64,000 bases of DNA from an uncultured Ectothiorhodospiraceae bacterium. GTDB lineage: Bacteria; Pseudomonadota; Gammaproteobacteria; UBA9214. Positions within the stretch are counted from its first letter, which is position 1; every line of letters starts with the position of its first letter. The DNA is taken from contig CAMYIO010000033.1 in assembly GCA_947258515.1 (NCBI GenBank), forward strand, positions 609 through 64,608. Reading direction: 5' to 3'. Under the pieces are notes generated by a model. That model saw only the letters and a program-made list of their open reading frames with translations, was not told the origin of the DNA and ran no database searches. The translations under genes were made by a program, and so were the position numbers. Positions 60,302-64,000 of this stretch are shown here, piece after piece.

Positions 60302-62110
60302 ATGAGCAATGTGACTACTGACAATATTTCAGCGAGCGACGCCAAAACACTCGCCGGCCTGTTCCGCGAACGCGTTGCACGCACACCGGATGCCATTGCC
60401 TATCGACAATTCAATGCGGCTGAAAAGCAGTGGTACGATTCCAGCTGGGCAGAGATGGCCAGTGAAGTAGCGCGCTGGCAGGCGGCGCTCGCCAATGAAC
60501 ACCTGCAACCGGGCGAACGCGTCGCTATATTACTGCGCAATTGCAAGGAATGGGTCACCTTCGACCAGGCCGCACTCGGTTGTGGGCTGGTCATCGTGCC
60601 GCTCTATATGGATGACCGCCCCGAGAGCATGGCCTACATCCTGAATGACTCAGGATGCAAGGTATTGCTAATACAGGGACAGGAACAATGGGAAGGTCTA
60701 CAGACCGTCCTGCACGAACTTGATACGCTGGTACGCATACTTACCCTTGAAACCGTCAACAACAGCAATGACGATGATCGCGTGCGCTGTGTAGCTGACT
60801 GGTTGCCCGAATCGGCAAGCAGCTTGCGCACCGATGACAGTGATTCAAACGATGTTGCGACCATTGTCTATACCTCCGGTACGACCGGTAGACCGAAAGG
60901 CGTCATGCTGAGCCACTGGAATATCCTGTTTGACACCGACAGTGCCGGCGAAATCTGTCAAATGCTTCCGAGTGATCTGCTACTTTCTTTTTTACCGCTA
61001 TCGCACACCTTTGAGCGAACTGTCGGTTACTACATGCCCATGATGGCCGGTTCAACCATTGCCTATGCTCGTTCAATACCGGAACTGGCTGAAGACCTGC
61101 AAACCATTCGGCCAACGGTGATGATATCCGTGCCACGCATCTATGAGCGTGTCTACAACAAGATCCAGGCAGGCCTTGCCGAGAAGTCACCGATTGCAAC
61201 ACGGCTGTTCAATGCAGCGGTTGAGACCGGGTGGAAACGGTTCCTGCGCCAGCAGGGACGGGGTGGCTGGCATCCAGCCATGCTGCTCTGGCCGCTGCTG
61301 AACAAGCTCGTGGCCGGCAAGATTATGGCGAAGCTGGGTGGAAGGATGCGGCTGGCCGCATCCGGCGGCGCACCCTTGCCGACACCGATCGCGAAAGTAT
61401 TCATAGGTCTCGGTCTCAACCTGGTCCAGGGTTATGGCCTCACCGAGACCAGCCCGATACTGACGGGCAATCCGGTAGATGACAATGACCCGAGCAGTGT
61501 CGGAATACCACTGAAGGGTATTGAGCTGAAGATCGGCGAGAACGATGAGTTACTCGCACGTGGACCGGTCATCATGCTGGGCTACTGGAATAATCAGGAA
61601 GCAACCGCTGCGGTTATCGACAGCGAAGGCTGGTTTCATACCGGTGACAAGGCCCGTATTGACAACAACCATGTCTACATTACCGGACGCATCAAGGAAA
61701 TAATCGTGTTGGCCAACGGTGAAAAGGTGCCTCCGGCCGACATGGAGATGGCCATTGCACTGGACACATTGTTCGAGCAGGTAATGATCATCGGCGAAAA
61801 CCGACCCTTCCTGACTGCCCTGCTGGTACTCAACCCCGAACAATGGAAGCTCATCACTCGTGAGTTGCAACTGGACAGCGATGATTCCGGGGCACTGAGC
61901 TCAGAAGCGTTTGAAAAGCTGGTGTTTGACAAGTTGGCCCGACAGCTTGCCGGCTTTCCGGGCTATGCACGGATTCACGGGATCACCTGCACCCTTGAGC
62001 CCTGGACTATTGATAATGAATTAATCACACCGACACTCAAGCTCAAGCGCAACCGCGTCATGGAACGCTTTGCGGCTGACATCGATCGCATGTACGAGGG
62101 ACACAGCTAG
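60302..62110 (+). CDS. Long-chain fatty-acid--CoA ligase (AMP-binding)
   Basis: YTSGTTGRPKG, QGYGLTE, WFHTGD, TPTLKLKR. Confidence 0.92.
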   Translation: MSNVTTDNISASDAKTLAGLFRERVARTPDAIAYRQFNAAEKQWYDSSWAEMASEVARWQAALANEHLQPGERVAILLRNCKEWVTFDQAALGCGLVIVPLYMDDRPESMAYILNDSGCKVLLIQGQEQWEGLQTVLHELDTLVRILTLETVNNSNDDDRVRCVADWLPESASSLRTDDSDSNDVATIVYTSGTTGRPKGVMLSHWNILFDTDSAGEICQMLPSDLLLSFLPLSHTFERTVGYYMPMMAGSTIAYARSIPELAEDLQTIRPTVMISVPRIYERVYNKIQAGLAEKSPIATRLFNAAVETGWKRFLRQQGRGGWHPAMLLWPLLNKLVAGKIMAKLGGRMRLAASGGAPLPTPIAKVFIGLGLNLVQGYGLTETSPILTGNPVDDNDPSSVGIPLKGIELKIGENDELLARGPVIMLGYWNNQEATAAVIDSEGWFHTGDKARIDNNHVYITGRIKEIIVLANGEKVPPADMEMAIALDTLFEQVMIIGENRPFLTALLVLNPEQWKLITRELQLDSDDSGALSSEAFEKLVFDKLARQLAGFPGYARIHGITCTLEPWTIDNELITPTLKLKRNRVMERFAADIDRMYEGHS

Positions 62111-62118
62111 TAGTCGGC

Positions 62119-62517
62119 ATGAGCGACACGCCGGACAATGACGATCTTGCCATCCGGGTCATGGCCATGCCTGCTGATACCAATGCGGCCGGAGACATTT
62201 TCGGTGGCTGGTTAATGTCACAGATGGATATAGCCGGTAGTGTCTTCGCACGCCGGATCGCCCGTGGCCGGGTAGTGACCGTGGCAGTTGATTCCTTTCA
62301 GTTCAAGCAACCGGTATTTGTCGGTGATTTGATCAGCTGCTACGCATCCATCACACGCATTGGAAAAACATCGCTCACAGTACACGTCAAGGCTTTCGCC
62401 GAACGGCAAGGCAAGACACATGAAAATATCCAGGTGACCGAGGCTGACTTGACGTATGTTGCGGTGAATGATCAGCGCAGGCCACGGCAGATTTCGAAAG
62501 GCTGCATCAGCGTTTAA
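62119..62517 (+). CDS. yciA: Acyl-CoA thioesterase (hotdog fold, YciA-like)
   Basis: AMPADTNAAGDIFGGWLMSQMD. Confidence 0.88.
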   Translation: MSDTPDNDDLAIRVMAMPADTNAAGDIFGGWLMSQMDIAGSVFARRIARGRVVTVAVDSFQFKQPVFVGDLISCYASITRIGKTSLTVHVKAFAERQGKTHENIQVTEADLTYVAVNDQRRPRQISKGCISV

Positions 62518-62525
62518 TTTATATC

Positions 62526-62585
62526 TGTAGGAGCGCCGTCCCCGGCGCGATTGAATTTTGATATGCCCCGAATCGCGCCGGGGAC
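62526..62585. repeat. GTAG-family REP doublet with right arm truncated
   Basis: TGTAGGAGCGCCGTCCCCGGCGCGATT ... AATCGCGCCGGGGAC, then directly tatD coding sequence. Confidence 0.8.
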
Positions 62586-63231
62586 CACGGTGAGGCACCG
62601 GGGCCAGGTAGGGCGAATCCGTTTCAACCAGGTAGCGGTCTGACGGCATTCGCGTTGCGATATCCTGCAATTCCCGGGCACTCTTGAAGGTCACGATGCC
62701 GGAAAATGAAATATAAAAATTCATTTCCATAGCACGCTGTGCCATCTCCCAGTCACCTGTAAAGCAATGCATGACGCCACCGACTGCGCTGGCCTGCTCT
62801 TCTTCGAGGATATTCAGGGTGTCGTCCCTGGCATCGCGAGAGTGAATAATCAACGGCTTGCCGGACTCTTTTGCCGCCGCGATATGCCGGCGAAAACGCT
62901 CACGCTGCCAGTCCAGATCACCCTCGCTGCGAAAGTAATCCAGTCCGGTTTCGCCAATGGCGATAACTCCCGGGTGTTTGGCAAGGTCTACCAGTTCATC
63001 GATAGCTGGATCATGCCCCCCCTGTTCATTCGGGTGCAGACCGACCGACGCCGATACCTGATCGTGCTCCTCGGCAATCTTCAGCACCGCCGGATAATCC
63101 TCAAGGTTGATCGACACGCACAGAAAATGACCGATACCCTGCTCTGCTGCCGCAGCGAGTGCAGCGTCCATGCTGCCAGCAAAATGTGACAGGTCGAGTC
63201 TGTCCAGGTGACAATGGGAATCTACAAGCAT
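62586..63231 (-). pseudogene. tatD: TatD-family DNase (YcfH-like), C-terminus deleted and fused to a REP
   Basis: DSHCH, GETGLD, IIHSR, MHCF, ETDSPYLAPVPHRG, then translated REP sequence instead of the usual K.N.P tail. Confidence 0.85.
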
Positions 63232-63305
63232 GAACCAGCCTCAATGAATGTCGAGGTTGAATAATAGAGTGTTTGCAAGGCGCCGCAAACCACTACGGCA
63301 GAATA

Positions 63306-63659
63306 TTACATGGTATGGGTCGGCCGTTCGCTATCCAGTGCCCCGGCCAGGAAACCCTCGATCTTGTTGCGCGCCGCGCCCTCGTCCTGGTCGCTGAACT
63401 GAACGCCGATTCCTGCGGCACGATTACCCTGCGCACCCACCGGTGTTACCCAGATGATCTTGCCCGCAACCGGTATCTTTTCCGTTTCTTCCATCAGCGT
63501 CAGCAGCATGAAGACCTCTTCGCCGATTTGGTAGCTCTTTTTCGTCGGGATAAACAGGCCACCGCCTTTCACAAAGGGCATATAAGCGGCATACAAGGCA
63601 CTTTTGTCCTTGATTGTGAGTGAAAGAATACCCTGTCGAGGTGTTGTTGCCTGAGTCAT
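63306..63659 (-). CDS. pilZ: Type IV pilus assembly protein PilZ
   Basis: ILSLTIKDKSALYAAYMPFVKGGGLFIPT...RPTHTM; holB-pilZ-tatD synteny. Confidence 0.95.
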   Translation of the reverse strand: MTQATTPRQGILSLTIKDKSALYAAYMPFVKGGGLFIPTKKSYQIGEEVFMLLTLMEETEKIPVAGKIIWVTPVGAQGNRAAGIGVQFSDQDEGAARNKIEGFLAGALDSERPTHTM

Positions 63660-63698
63660 TACATAGGTTCCCTTGGTCGATCTCCCGGGTATTCCCCG

Positions 63699-64000
63699 TT
63701 ACTTTTGCGCTGCCCATGCCAGCAGGATATCTTCTGTCAGCAACTGGCGATTCAAGCTGCCGGTCGTGAGTCCCAATGTCCTGTTGATATGCTCCAGCTG
63801 CGCAAACAGTACCTTGCTATCCAGCCTGCGTGCAAGCCTTGCCAGCCTGTCGTGCAAATCCGCACTGCGTACCCCGCTGCTCTGGCCCGTCATGGCAATC
63901 CGCAGCAGGTCCATCAGCCAGTCCCGCATCCAGCGAATTCCCTGCATATCGTCTTCCTTCGACCATAACAGGGCAGTCGCCAGCGGAGCCGTCCTGCCTT
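63699..64000 (-). CDS. holB: DNA polymerase III delta-prime subunit, C-terminal part
   Basis: Terminal LNRQLLTEDILLAW; lies immediately upstream of pilZ. Confidence 0.75.
   Translation of the reverse strand, partial: GRTAPLATALLWSKEDDMQGIRWMRDWLMDLLRIAMTGQSSGVRSADLHDRLARLARRLDSKVLFAQLEHINRTLGLTTGSLNRQLLTEDILLAWAAQK

Noticed and set aside
22301-62585. CRISPR array from the recurring palindromic repeats
   Set aside because: Copies are dispersed inverted doublets, not regularly spaced direct repeats; no cas genes
62218-62585. Novel C-terminal extension of TatD overlapping the thioesterase gene
   Set aside because: Read-through into REP and antisense yciA sequence after loss of the true 3' end

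Overview
GC-rich Gammaproteobacterial chromosome segment. A sulfur globule protein and a DsrC/TusE-family gene suggest a sulfur oxidiser. A near-canonical dif site at 50419-50446, with KOPS polarity flipping around it, places the window at or near the replication terminus. Housekeeping blocks are tesA/ybbAP, apaH, purU, fadE-fadI-fadJ-acyl-CoA ligase-thioesterase and tatD-pilZ-holB. The main object of interest is a ~22 kb divergent locus (22408-44242). It combines a DUF3570/DUF4266/TlpA/ApbE flavin-thiol module, two outer-membrane barrels, three exported CxxCH proteins, a Tat-exported protein and an Agl-Glt-like TPR/ExbB/2xExbD/TonB-like motor set. A second uncharacterised operon (13727-20219) encodes a membrane-anchored pentaheme-TPR protein, a CRTAC1/ASPIC-UnbV protein and a TPR protein, with FNR-type boxes before its first two genes. 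Also present: a membrane-anchored phage-tail-chaperone-like protein, an orphan encapsulin-type ferritin, GTAG REP elements, and seven genes broken by clean segmental deletions or a duplication (artefact or recent decay). Family assignments come from motif recognition by eye; no searches were run.
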